Virus record (IMG/VR): IMGVR_UViG_3300037043_000339 | Span: 1-36,778 of that record | Length of the DNA stretch: 36,778 nt | Direction: 5' to 3' (one strand) | From: a virus | Lineage: Duplodnaviria; Caudoviricetes | Shown here: positions 18,619 through 27,123 of the stretch, piece after piece | How the letters are laid out: each line of letters starts with the position of its first letter | Numbering within the stretch: the first letter of the stretch is position 1 | Notes under the pieces: generated by a model | What the model saw: only the letters and a program-made list of their open reading frames with translations | What the model was told of the DNA's origin: nothing | Databases searched by the model: none | Translations under genes and position numbers: made by a program

Positions 18619-19242
18619 GTGGCTAAGACCAAAGAAAAACCGGCTGAAAGTCCGAATATTACTTCAATGTATGAGGAAATAAAAAAAGAATCGCAGGAAC
18701 TCATTGAAGATATGTCATCGGATTCATTTTCCGATCGTGAACGGCTATTTGTGGCATACTACCTGAAATTTCTGGATAAAACAAAAGCGGCTATCGAATC
18801 AGGATATTCAATAAAATCGGCAAATGTTACCGGACATCAGATCTATAACCGTTCACACGTCAAAGCGACAATCAAAAAGTTTTTGGAACGTACGATCGGT
18901 GATGCCTACGAAACCAGGGCGAAGATTGCAAAGTTCACAAATGCATCGCTTGAATACTTCGTTAAAATAAACCGTGAAGACGGTACGTACGAACTTGACC
19001 TACCCAAGGCTCTTGATTCCGGCATGTTTGCGACTCTCAAAAAACTCAAACCCACTAAAGAAGGGGTTGAAATCGAATTGCATAATCCTCTTGAAGCGCT
19101 CAAAATGGAGGGGCAGGCACACGGTATATTCCTTGAAAAAGTGGAGATCACTCCTACCACGCAGGATGATCCCTTTACTTTAATGGCGAAAGCTCATCAT
19201 GCACAACTTGCCAAGAAGAAAAGCCGCAAAAAAAAGAAGTGA
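18619..19242 (+). CDS. terS: Terminase small subunit
   Basis: HTH pattern SDRERLFVAYYL..TKAAIESGYS.KSA...G. Lies directly upstream of terL. The GTG start abuts the stop of the giant ORF. Confidence 0.85.
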   Translation: MAKTKEKPAESPNITSMYEEIKKESQELIEDMSSDSFSDRERLFVAYYLKFLDKTKAAIESGYSIKSANVTGHQIYNRSHVKATIKKFLERTIGDAYETRAKIAKFTNASLEYFVKINREDGTYELDLPKALDSGMFATLKKLKPTKEGVEIELHNPLEALKMEGQAHGIFLEKVEITPTTQDDPFTLMAKAHHAQLAKKKSRKKKK

Positions 19243-19248
19243 TAGATT

Positions 19249-21312
19249 ATGCGTCCTGCGGTTCAATCCGTCATATCGCAGAATTCCAAACGATGGAATA
19301 CTCTTCTTCAACCCTATGATCCGATACTTGGCATAGGATCCCCAAAGCCACGCTTACAAATAAAAATTGATGATCAGTCCACTGTATCTATTCCCGTAGA
19401 GATGGGGCAACATGCTGCTGTTGAGTTTATTCAAAAAAGCGGATCAATGGAAAAAGCAGCTGCGGCCGTCGGAAAAACCATTGAAGAAGTACGGAACAAT
19501 TTCGCCAGAGTGCGCTGTAAATATGATTTTGAGTTTTGGGCTGCGTCGTGTGTTACAATTAAGGCAAAGCGACCAAAAAAAGATGCCTTAGTCGATGGCA
19601 CCGAGGGTGATACTGGCATTGATAAGATGACGGTAAAAAAGAAGTTCGTTCTAAACCGGCCGCAACGGAAGATGCTGGCAGTTCTTGAACGGATGAGGCT
19701 TTCGGGCGTTTCTATTCGGGTTATTCTTCTGAAAGCGCGGCAATGGGGAGGATCTACACTTGTGCAAATCTACATTTCTTGGTTGCAATTGTTTCACCGA
19801 ACGGATTGGAATGCTATGATCGTTGCCGATGCAAAGGAAAAGGCATTGAATATTCGCTCGATGTATAAACTGGTCGTTCAAGATCATCCAGCTGATGTGA
19901 TCGAGGGCGTTACCGGTAAATTACAGATGATGCCTTGGGAACAGACACATAATTTCAAATATATTCCCGGCCGCGGTAATCTCATCGGTGTAGCGTCAGT
20001 TCAAAATCCGGATGCACCTCGATCGTTTACGACACACCTGCTGCACTTATCAGAAGTCGGTCTATGGAAATCAACACCTTCGGTCAACGCGGAATCACTT
20101 GCTACTTCTTTGGAAGGGGGTATTGTCGACGGACCGTATACACTGTGTGTTATGGAATCAACGGCGAAAGGTGTCGGTACGTATTTCCACCGGGAATGGC
20201 AAAAAGCAATCAATAAAAAATCGAATTATGAACCGGTATTCGTCTCATGGTTTGAAGATCCGAATGATTATAACGTACCGGTCAAAAGAGCTGCGGAATT
20301 CATTGTTACCTGGAGTGATTACGAATGGTTCTTGTGGGAAAGCGGCGCGACGATTGAACATATTGCATGGTACAGGAAAAAGAGAGTAAACTTCGATTCT
20401 GACTGGCAGATGCAAAGTGAATATCCGACAAATCCTCAAGAAGCATTTCAATCTACCGGAAACCGAATATTTGCTCCGAATATTGTCATTGAAGCGAGAA
20501 AGACCTGCAAAGATCCGATTGCAGTTGGAAATCTCAATGCCGATACGATTAAAGGACCGGGCGCATTCAAAAACATTGAATTTGTTCCTGCAGCGAACGG
20601 TTACCTTTCCATATGGAATTATCCTAATAATTTTGGAATTGAACGCTCCGGAAAATTATATACGAATCGTTACTGTGCTTTTCTGGATACCGGTGGTAAG
20701 TCAAAGGAATCAGACTATAACTCTATGTCTGTGCTGGATCGCATTCTGACGATGTACGGAGGAGTTCCGTATGTAGCGGCTGAATTCCATGGTCACTTCG
20801 ATCCTGATCTGGTGGCCTGGTATGCAGCAAGAATTGCACGATGGTATGATAATGCATTATTGGCAGTTGAAGTCAACAAATTATACCAGGATAGCGGAGA
20901 CGATACTCGCGGTCATGAAGCCAATTACGGTGTTACGGTATTGGACGAAATAAAAGATTATTACGAAAATCTGTATTACCGGATTCAACCTGAGCAGATC
21001 CAAGAGAAGTGGAACGGTGTTTTAGGTTTTCATACGAACAAAGAGACCAAACCTATGATCATCAAAGAATTGAACGCAGCGTTGCGCGACCATGGGTATG
21101 AGGAGCGTAATATTGCCGCCTGTGATGAATTCGATTATTATGAACAGAAAAAAGACGGTTCTATGGGTGCTGTGGAAGGGCAGCATGACGATCGTGTGAT
21201 ATCGAGAGCCGGAGCGCTTTGGCTTTCAGGGAAAATGGATCCGGTGGAGGAGATAGACATACAACGGAAATCCGGAACTGCAAAGCCCGGGGGGTTTGGG
21301 ATATTTCCGTAA
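19249..21312 (+). CDS. terL: Terminase large subunit
   Basis: LKARQWGGST (Walker A), LLHLSEVG (Walker B), ESTAKG coupling motif, and RNase H-like FLDTGG ... HDDRV. Confidence 0.95.
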   Translation: MRPAVQSVISQNSKRWNTLLQPYDPILGIGSPKPRLQIKIDDQSTVSIPVEMGQHAAVEFIQKSGSMEKAAAAVGKTIEEVRNNFARVRCKYDFEFWAASCVTIKAKRPKKDALVDGTEGDTGIDKMTVKKKFVLNRPQRKMLAVLERMRLSGVSIRVILLKARQWGGSTLVQIYISWLQLFHRTDWNAMIVADAKEKALNIRSMYKLVVQDHPADVIEGVTGKLQMMPWEQTHNFKYIPGRGNLIGVASVQNPDAPRSFTTHLLHLSEVGLWKSTPSVNAESLATSLEGGIVDGPYTLCVMESTAKGVGTYFHREWQKAINKKSNYEPVFVSWFEDPNDYNVPVKRAAEFIVTWSDYEWFLWESGATIEHIAWYRKKRVNFDSDWQMQSEYPTNPQEAFQSTGNRIFAPNIVIEARKTCKDPIAVGNLNADTIKGPGAFKNIEFVPAANGYLSIWNYPNNFGIERSGKLYTNRYCAFLDTGGKSKESDYNSMSVLDRILTMYGGVPYVAAEFHGHFDPDLVAWYAARIARWYDNALLAVEVNKLYQDSGDDTRGHEANYGVTVLDEIKDYYENLYYRIQPEQIQEKWNGVLGFHTNKETKPMIIKELNAALRDHGYEERNIAACDEFDYYEQKKDGSMGAVEGQHDDRVISRAGALWLSGKMDPVEEIDIQRKSGTAKPGGFGIFP

Positions 21313-21320
21313 AATTGTTG

Positions 21321-21359
21321 AAGATTTTTCTTGACTTGAACACCATCGGCTATTATAAT
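21321..21359 (+). promoter_or_regulatory. Promoter P2 (TTGACT-17 bp-TATAAT) with conserved spacer CACCATCGGC
   Basis: TTGACT at 21331-21336, TATAAT at 21354-21359. 21321-21355 matches 24651-24685 at 34 of 35 nt. Confidence 0.85.
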
Positions 21360-21370
21360 CACAACACCTT

Positions 21371-21490
21371 ATGAAGCGAATAATTGAAAATATCTTCTAT
21401 CGAACGATCGAGCAACGGGCATTTTCCGGATCGACGCCGTTTCATATATTCCAGCAGAACTTACTGAAAGCGTTGTGGTATGGCAAATAA
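21371..21490 (+). CDS. Possible 39-aa near-leaderless peptide (MKRIIENIFYRTIEQRAFSGSTPFHIFQQNLLKALWYGK)
   Basis: The ATG is about 5 nt after the predicted P2 start site, and the ORF overlaps the next start codon. It is below the ORF-track size cut-off and has no recognisable family. Confidence 0.3.
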   Translation: MKRIIENIFYRTIEQRAFSGSTPFHIFQQNLLKALWYGK

Positions 21491-21677
21491 TGAAATAGAC
21501 ATACCACGGTTAACGCAAATTGAGGCGACAAAGCTGATAAAGGCTTTAGCCAGAACCAAAAACGTTGCGGAAAAAACTGGTGAAGATCAACTGGTCATTA
21601 TTCGCTTTAATCCACGACATAAAATGTGGTCAACCATGTTTTCAGAATCTCACCAATGGGTGAAAGTTTTGACATAG
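21480..21677 (+). CDS. Small hypothetical protein (65 aa), candidate regulator
   Basis: Fills the gap between P2 and element E2. Helix plus beta-hairpin-like pattern. No strong RBS. Confidence 0.6.
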   Translation: MANNEIDIPRLTQIEATKLIKALARTKNVAEKTGEDQLVIIRFNPRHKMWSTMFSESHQWVKVLT

Positions 21678-21694
21678 AATAACGAAATTGTTGT

Positions 21695-21753
21695 AAACAT
21701 TTTTTAACTAACCGAAAAGGGCGTAGTCATTCAATATGACGAACGCCCTTTTT
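21695..21753 (+). promoter_or_regulatory. Leader element E2: AAACAT-N9-AACCGAAAAGGG box plus terminator-like hairpin
   Basis: AAAAGGGCGT (21715-24) pairs with ACGCCCTTTT (21743-52). Upper stem GTCAT/ATGAC. T-rich tail. Confidence 0.8.
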
Positions 21754-21785
21754 ATTTTTGCACTACTTTTTGAGGAGATACAATT

Positions 21786-22295
21786 ATGAGATCCATTCTT
21801 TCTTTCGGACAAAAACTGGTTTTTGTTCTTGTCACGGCCTTGATGTTGGTGCCGGTCATCAATCAAGATGCAATCGCGCAGGATGTATACAAGCCGCTTC
21901 CGGCCAACGTTTTTCCTTCCGGTCCGGAATCATTTACCGGTGTGCAATACGTGAACAGTCAGGTTTACCGATCGCCAATTATCGACGCCTGGAATTTTGA
22001 TTCCCTTCAATACTTGCTTCATTTTACCGATTCGGTGAACATCTCCTCGATCAAAATTATTCGATATGCGTACAGTACCGCCACTGTCGGAGACACTTCG
22101 TCAACACTCGGGACAGTAGTAAGTACCAATAGCGGAGGTAAGACAGTCGTCATTGTCGGCATTGACAGTGTGTTCACCAATAAGAATGCGGCAGCCGGAT
22201 ATCAGCGTCTCTTGATAACGTTTAATTCAAGCGGCAATCCATCGGGCGGTAATATCGGTAAGAAGTTTTGGCCATACATGCACGGATATAAGTGA
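21786..22295 (+). CDS. Exported protein with Sec signal peptide, function unknown
   Basis: GAGGAG RBS. Signal-like MRSILSFGQKLVFVLVTALMLVPVINQDAIA|QD, followed by a beta-rich Ser/Thr-rich mature region. Confidence 0.75.
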   Translation: MRSILSFGQKLVFVLVTALMLVPVINQDAIAQDVYKPLPANVFPSGPESFTGVQYVNSQVYRSPIIDAWNFDSLQYLLHFTDSVNISSIKIIRYAYSTATVGDTSSTLGTVVSTNSGGKTVVIVGIDSVFTNKNAAAGYQRLLITFNSSGNPSGGNIGKKFWPYMHGYK

Positions 22296-22314
22296 CTTTA
22301 ACGCTGAAATTATC

Positions 22315-24228
22315 ATGACCGAACAAAAATCGACATCGTTCATAAATTCTCAAGGGTTCGTGGTGCGGAATCAGCGCCTCGAACTCCTTGAGGAGGCACG
22401 TATTGCCTGGGACGGACTACGTGACTATCGGACCCGCAGAGCTCGAAGCCGCGATTACATGCGTGGTAAACCCAAAGAAACGATGATCGATCCCGATACA
22501 AAAGAAACCGTCAGCGAAGATGAATATATCGTAGCGCAAGGACGGATCCCATTCAAGGTTAACCGCATCAGCCCCGTCATCCGCAACCTAAAAGGACAAT
22601 TCAGGCAGTCAAAAACTTCCCGCATGGCATACGGCGTAAATCGCGATGATACCGATGCTTCGGACATGATGACTGAAGGCCTGAATATGGCCTGCAGAGT
22701 TAATCAAACACAGGAAACCGATGCTGACGCCGTTGAGGAATCGTTCATTGGCGGGATGTATGGCTGGAAAACGGGATACAAATGGAATCCGAAACTCAAA
22801 AGGGAAGAAATTTCGGTTGATCTGGTCGACGGAACTCGCCTTTTTTACAATCAGGATATCTCTGATCGGCGATTGACAGGATTAAGAATTATCGGAGAGA
22901 TACACGACGTACCGTTGAATGAAGTTATCATGCGCTTTGCAAAAAGCAAGGCGGATGAGAAGTTCATCCGGGATATGTACGCGGAAGTTCAGCAAGCAGC
23001 ATTGTATCCGTACGAATATATGCAATACGGATTCAATCTGAAGGATAGTCTGGATTTCTATACGACTCCGAATTGGAATCTTGCACGCGTGATCGAGGTC
23101 TGGAAACTTGAATACAAGTGGCGGACATTTGTCCATGATCCAATGACCGGATCGTACGATGAATTGGATGTGACGCAGCAGCAAATAGATCTCGTCAATC
23201 AACAGCGTGAACTTGAGGCGCTTGTATTGCAGCAGGAACCGCCAAAACCTATCACCATTAAGCAGCAGTTTGATGCGGTCTGGCGATGCTATTTTATGAA
23301 TCCCCTCGGATATATTCTTCATGAATCAGATACACCTTACTGGCACGAATCCCACCCCTATACACTCGGCCTTGCTCAATTTATCGACGGTGAAGTGTGG
23401 GGACTGGTTGAAGATATCATTGATCAACAGCGTCTTTCAAACCGATTGGTAAGTGCGATCGACAATATGTTCGGATCCAGCGCAAAGGGCGTTTTGCTTA
23501 TTCCCGAAGATTCGATTCCAGCCGGCATGAAGCCTGCGGATTTTGCGTCGGAGTGGACGAAATTCAACGGCGTTATTGCTTACAAGGCAAAGCATGGGAC
23601 TCCACCACCGGAACAGGTATCAATGAATTCCATTCCCACCGGTATTTTCAACTGGCTCACGATGATCTCCGGCGAGATGAAAGAAGTATCAGGCGTTACC
23701 GGTGCACAAATGGGATTGGAACCTCAAAGCGGAACTCCCGCGATGATGTACGACGCGCAAATATCACAAGGTCAGTTAACGACGAGGGATTTTTTTGATA
23801 GTTTTTCTGAAGCACGGCGTCAACGTGATCTGATGATCGTGAAATTAATCGCGCAGTATTACGATGAACCGAAAATGCTGGCAGTATCAGGACGTCGACC
23901 GGATGGACAAAAATTGATCAAATATGATCCTGCCCGTGTTCGTCAATTGGATTTTGATATTGTCATCAGCGATACACCGGACACTCCGGCGAACCGGCAA
24001 TTGATGGAGACCTATCTTGTGGATCTGATGAATAACAATCGTTTGACGTTCCGGCAGTATTTGCAGCTCTCCAGTCATCCGAAGGCAGATTTGATACTTC
24101 GAGTGATTGAAAGCTCAAATCCACTGCTGGCAAATCATCAAATGTCGCCGCAGGATGTTGCAGCATTGCAATTGCAGGCTCAAGCCGGAAATCCCGATGC
24201 CGTGGCCTTTATGAATCAAGCAGCATAA
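22315..24228 (+). CDS. Portal protein (P22-like podoviral type)
   Basis: 637 aa, after terL. Motifs GRIPFKVNRISPVIRNLKGQFRQ, GLVEDIIDQQRLSNR, SAKGVLL, EVSGVTGAQMG, and a Gln-rich tail. Confidence 0.9.
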   Translation: MTEQKSTSFINSQGFVVRNQRLELLEEARIAWDGLRDYRTRRARSRDYMRGKPKETMIDPDTKETVSEDEYIVAQGRIPFKVNRISPVIRNLKGQFRQSKTSRMAYGVNRDDTDASDMMTEGLNMACRVNQTQETDADAVEESFIGGMYGWKTGYKWNPKLKREEISVDLVDGTRLFYNQDISDRRLTGLRIIGEIHDVPLNEVIMRFAKSKADEKFIRDMYAEVQQAALYPYEYMQYGFNLKDSLDFYTTPNWNLARVIEVWKLEYKWRTFVHDPMTGSYDELDVTQQQIDLVNQQRELEALVLQQEPPKPITIKQQFDAVWRCYFMNPLGYILHESDTPYWHESHPYTLGLAQFIDGEVWGLVEDIIDQQRLSNRLVSAIDNMFGSSAKGVLLIPEDSIPAGMKPADFASEWTKFNGVIAYKAKHGTPPPEQVSMNSIPTGIFNWLTMISGEMKEVSGVTGAQMGLEPQSGTPAMMYDAQISQGQLTTRDFFDSFSEARRQRDLMIVKLIAQYYDEPKMLAVSGRRPDGQKLIKYDPARVRQLDFDIVISDTPDTPANRQLMETYLVDLMNNNRLTFRQYLQLSSHPKADLILRVIESSNPLLANHQMSPQDVAALQLQAQAGNPDAVAFMNQAA

Positions 24229-24249
24229 TACATTTATCTGGAGGATATC

Positions 24250-24639
24250 ATGTTCGAGGGAATTACGTTAAAAGATGCCGGCCGTAAGCCTGAATCACCC
24301 GAAGCTTATAAAACCGCAGCAATAGGATCCGAAGAAAATCCAAAAATGATTTATCCGCGATTATGGACAGATACAAAGGAAACACCGGTTGACATCAAAC
24401 GATTCAAGGCGGGGGACAAATTGTATTTTGTCGCAGAGGTAAATGTCTCCGAGATATCGAACGTCGATCGAGACGGGGTGGAGGAACCCGAAGCGACACG
24501 CTTCGAGTTGGAATTTCTTAAAGTCGGCATAAAACCGTTTGAATCAAAAGAAAAGCCAAAAGATGACGATGGCTTCCTGGAAGATGCAGATCAGGTTCTT
24601 GCCGACACGGTGAAACCCCCCGAGGATAGAATATTTTAA
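24250..24639 (+). CDS. Hypothetical acidic protein (head region)
   Basis: GGAGG RBS, 129 aa, between portal and scaffold. Confidence 0.7.
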   Translation: MFEGITLKDAGRKPESPEAYKTAAIGSEENPKMIYPRLWTDTKETPVDIKRFKAGDKLYFVAEVNVSEISNVDRDGVEEPEATRFELEFLKVGIKPFESKEKPKDDDGFLEDADQVLADTVKPPEDRIF

Positions 24640-24650
24640 GATGGTGTGAT

Positions 24651-24689
24651 AAGATTTTTCTTGACTTGCACACCATCGGCTATTAGCAT
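24651..24689 (+). promoter_or_regulatory. Promoter P3 (TTGACT-17 bp-TAGCAT) with conserved spacer CACCATCGGC
   Basis: TTGACT at 24661-24666, TAGCAT at 24684-24689. Near-identical to P2. Confidence 0.8.
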
Positions 24690-24697
24690 TGGACTAC

Positions 24698-24715
24698 TTA
24701 ATTAACCGATAAGGG
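24698..24715 (+). promoter_or_regulatory. Partial element E4 (TTAATTAACCGATAAGGG), no hairpin
   Basis: AACCGATAAGGG at 24704-24715 matches the E1-E3 box at 11 of 12 nt. No complementary CCCTT follows before ATG 24738. Confidence 0.55.
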
Positions 24716-24737
24716 AACAATTTCACAGGAGTATGTA

Positions 24738-25811
24738 ATGACAACGCCGTTGGATGAAAGATTAATCGACCAAACCACACTTGGCGAAAGTGGCGCCGGC
24801 AGCGACGATTTTGACAACGAATTATCTCAATTCGGAAAACCGCCCGAATCCGCGCAAGGACAAAAAACGCCGGAACAAATTCAGGCCGAAAAAGACGAAG
24901 CAGCGAAAAAGGCCGCCGCTGAAAATAAAGGCGGAGAACAGACCGAAGAAGAAAAGGCCGCAGCTGCTGCAGCTACTGCCGCAGCAGAGGCAGAGAAAAA
25001 GCGTCTTGAGGACGAGAAGAATAATGCCGTGAAACCAACGGAAGTGCCGGAATCGATTAAGAAGCATTTTCCGGATGCAAAAACGATCGACGAGGTCGCG
25101 GTTTTGGTTGACACGAAATTCGCTGATTTGAAGCGACTGGAAGATGAATTGAAGTCGGCCAATGAGTCGAATGAAGAAATGGTGAAGATTCTTGCATCGG
25201 ATCCGGCATTAACGGAAATGATGAAGGATATTCGCGCAGGAGTTCCATCGTTTGAAGCAATTCGGAAATACTTTGAATTGGCGGAAGGTGAAACCGTTCC
25301 CGATCCGCAAAAGGATCCGGAGAAGTTCAAGGATTACACCAAAAGGCAACTTGAACGTCAGGCGCGTATGGATCGCCAGAAACAGAAAAATGCAGACGCT
25401 GACGCAATCAGCAAGAAGATGGAAGATCGCGCCGTTGCTCTCTCGAAATCGTTTCGTGAAAAAACGAAAATGGATGATCAGACGTTCGAGAAATTCACCG
25501 GCTATATTAAGTCGATCATCCAGGGAGATCCGCAAAACGGTATTCCCGACAATTTCTTCGATTCGCTTTACAATGCGTATGCCTTTAACGACCTGATGAA
25601 ACAAAAGGAAGACGCTTTGAAGGCGGAATATGAAAAGAAGATCATCGAAGAGCGTAATCGAATCATCGAGAATGTAAAACTGGGAAAGCCGATTGGTGAC
25701 GGACTGCCGAATTTCCAATCGACGAAACCGAATCAGCAAGTTCTTGTTGATGAGTTTACGGATCTGGAATCGGCAATGACTTCGGAAGATCGGGTACCGA
25801 TTCCACAATAA
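24738..25811 (+). CDS. Putative capsid scaffolding protein
   Basis: AGGAG RBS. Highly charged coiled-coil protein with an acidic disordered N-terminus, directly upstream of the capsid gene. Confidence 0.75.
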   Translation: MTTPLDERLIDQTTLGESGAGSDDFDNELSQFGKPPESAQGQKTPEQIQAEKDEAAKKAAAENKGGEQTEEEKAAAAAATAAAEAEKKRLEDEKNNAVKPTEVPESIKKHFPDAKTIDEVAVLVDTKFADLKRLEDELKSANESNEEMVKILASDPALTEMMKDIRAGVPSFEAIRKYFELAEGETVPDPQKDPEKFKDYTKRQLERQARMDRQKQKNADADAISKKMEDRAVALSKSFREKTKMDDQTFEKFTGYIKSIIQGDPQNGIPDNFFDSLYNAYAFNDLMKQKEDALKAEYEKKIIEERNRIIENVKLGKPIGDGLPNFQSTKPNQQVLVDEFTDLESAMTSEDRVPIPQ

Positions 25812-25828
25812 GAAGTCCAGTTCGTAGC

Positions 25829-25892
25829 AAACATATTTTAATCAACCGAAAAGGGTAACTGAGCCAGAAATGGCCTGTTACCCTTTTTTTTT
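25829..25892 (+). promoter_or_regulatory. Leader element E3: AAACAT-N9-AACCGAAAAGGG box plus terminator-like hairpin
   Basis: AAAAGGGTAAC (25849-59) pairs with GTTACCCTTTT (25877-87). Upper stem GCCA-GAAA-TGGC. T9 tract at 25884-25892. Confidence 0.85.
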
Positions 25893-25917
25893 CAACATAA
25901 CGCGAAAGGATACAACA

Positions 25918-27117
25918 ATGAGTGATCCAGTAACCACACTCAGTCAGCAGAACCTGCCCGAACAGCATAAGGTTCGTGACGTATCGACGATCCTTTCTAA
26001 ACTCGAGCCTGACTTGTATCCTTTGGATACAATTCTTCGCCGAATGAAGAAAGGTCCCGCGGCCACCCAAACGAAAATTGAGTGGGCGCGAACGGTTTCG
26101 CTTCCTCGCACGGATACGATTGCCGCGGATTCAGCAGCGGGATCGGCTGGTGCGGCGAAGGTCATTACCGTAACAACCCCGAACATGTGGCGAATCGATG
26201 ATATCATCATCACGCCCGGTTCAGTCACAAATCCTCCGCTTCTTGTGACAGCAGTGAACTACACCAACGGACAGGTGACGGTGTATGCACTTGACCAGAA
26301 ATCCACAGTGAACGTGACAGGCTACGGCACCGTTCCGGCATTGACCACAGGTGATGTGATCGCCTGGCTCGGTAACTCAAAGGCTGAAGGATTCACGCAA
26401 TCCTACAGCCGGGCACAGTTCCCGACCTACGATTATAATTACTGCGAATTGTCGGATACGATCGTGGACGTGACGCTCACCCGTAAGAACACCAAGAACT
26501 ATACGGAAGATGACTGGAAACGCGCACGGCGCGAACAGCTCAAAGAATTCCGTCGATCGCTGGAGTATAAGCGATGGTTTGGTATCCGGTCGGAAGTGAA
26601 AGACCCGACAGATCCGACGAAGGATCGTTGGACAATGCACGGTATTACCCGGTTCTTGTCGAAGAAATTCAATTACGATAAGGATGCAACCGGGACAAAA
26701 ATTACCGAAGCAATGCTCATCGATTGGCTGGCGTCTGCCTTCGGCGGGAATAACGGCAGTCCTTCGCGGTTCCTATTTGCCGATACCTGGCTTATGGCCG
26801 AATTGGCAAAATGCGGACTGACCAACCGGCGTAACCTGAAGAATGAGGTTGTTCTCGGGATTAAGGTGGGGATGGTTCAAACCGATTTCGGCACTCTTTT
26901 CCTGAAGCATCATCGCGGATTCAACGAGATGGGCAAAGAGCATTACGGCGTCATCGTCGATATGGCTCAGGTCTATAATCGTGAATTGCGGCCGATGGAG
27001 CGGAAAGAATTGAAGCTGCAGGATATCGGAACGGACAAAGATGCTGAGCAGTACAAGGAACAGGCATCGCAGGAAGTCCGCAATCCGGAATGTCACGCTG
27101 TCATCGAAGGTGATTAG
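25918..27117 (+). CDS. Major capsid protein (HK97 fold, SU10-MCP/DUF5309-like)
   Basis: The start is re-assigned to ATG 25918 (AAGGA RBS). Motifs RDVS..L..L.P..YP..T, KIEW, YNYCE, EFRRSLEY..WFG, TDFGTL..H. Located after the scaffold. Confidence 0.85.
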   Translation: MSDPVTTLSQQNLPEQHKVRDVSTILSKLEPDLYPLDTILRRMKKGPAATQTKIEWARTVSLPRTDTIAADSAAGSAGAAKVITVTTPNMWRIDDIIITPGSVTNPPLLVTAVNYTNGQVTVYALDQKSTVNVTGYGTVPALTTGDVIAWLGNSKAEGFTQSYSRAQFPTYDYNYCELSDTIVDVTLTRKNTKNYTEDDWKRARREQLKEFRRSLEYKRWFGIRSEVKDPTDPTKDRWTMHGITRFLSKKFNYDKDATGTKITEAMLIDWLASAFGGNNGSPSRFLFADTWLMAELAKCGLTNRRNLKNEVVLGIKVGMVQTDFGTLFLKHHRGFNEMGKEHYGVIVDMAQVYNRELRPMERKELKLQDIGTDKDAEQYKEQASQEVRNPECHAVIEGD

Positions 27118-27123
27118 CAGTAC

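Noticed and set aside
21669-21700. TTGACA upstream of E2 as an extra promoter
   Set aside because: There is no acceptable -10 hexamer at 16-18 bp and no conserved spacer.
24940-25000. GCA/GCT-rich low-complexity run
   Set aside because: It simply encodes the poly-Ala linker of the scaffold protein.
536-25892. E1-E3 or P1-P3 as CRISPR repeats, att sites or IS ends
   Set aside because: The copies are kilobases apart, each in the same orientation in front of genes. There are no spacers, cas, integrase or transposase genes, and no target duplications.
25870-25917. ORF-track start of the capsid gene at 25870
   Set aside because: That ATG lies inside hairpin E3 and has no RBS. ATG 25918 has AAGGA upstream.
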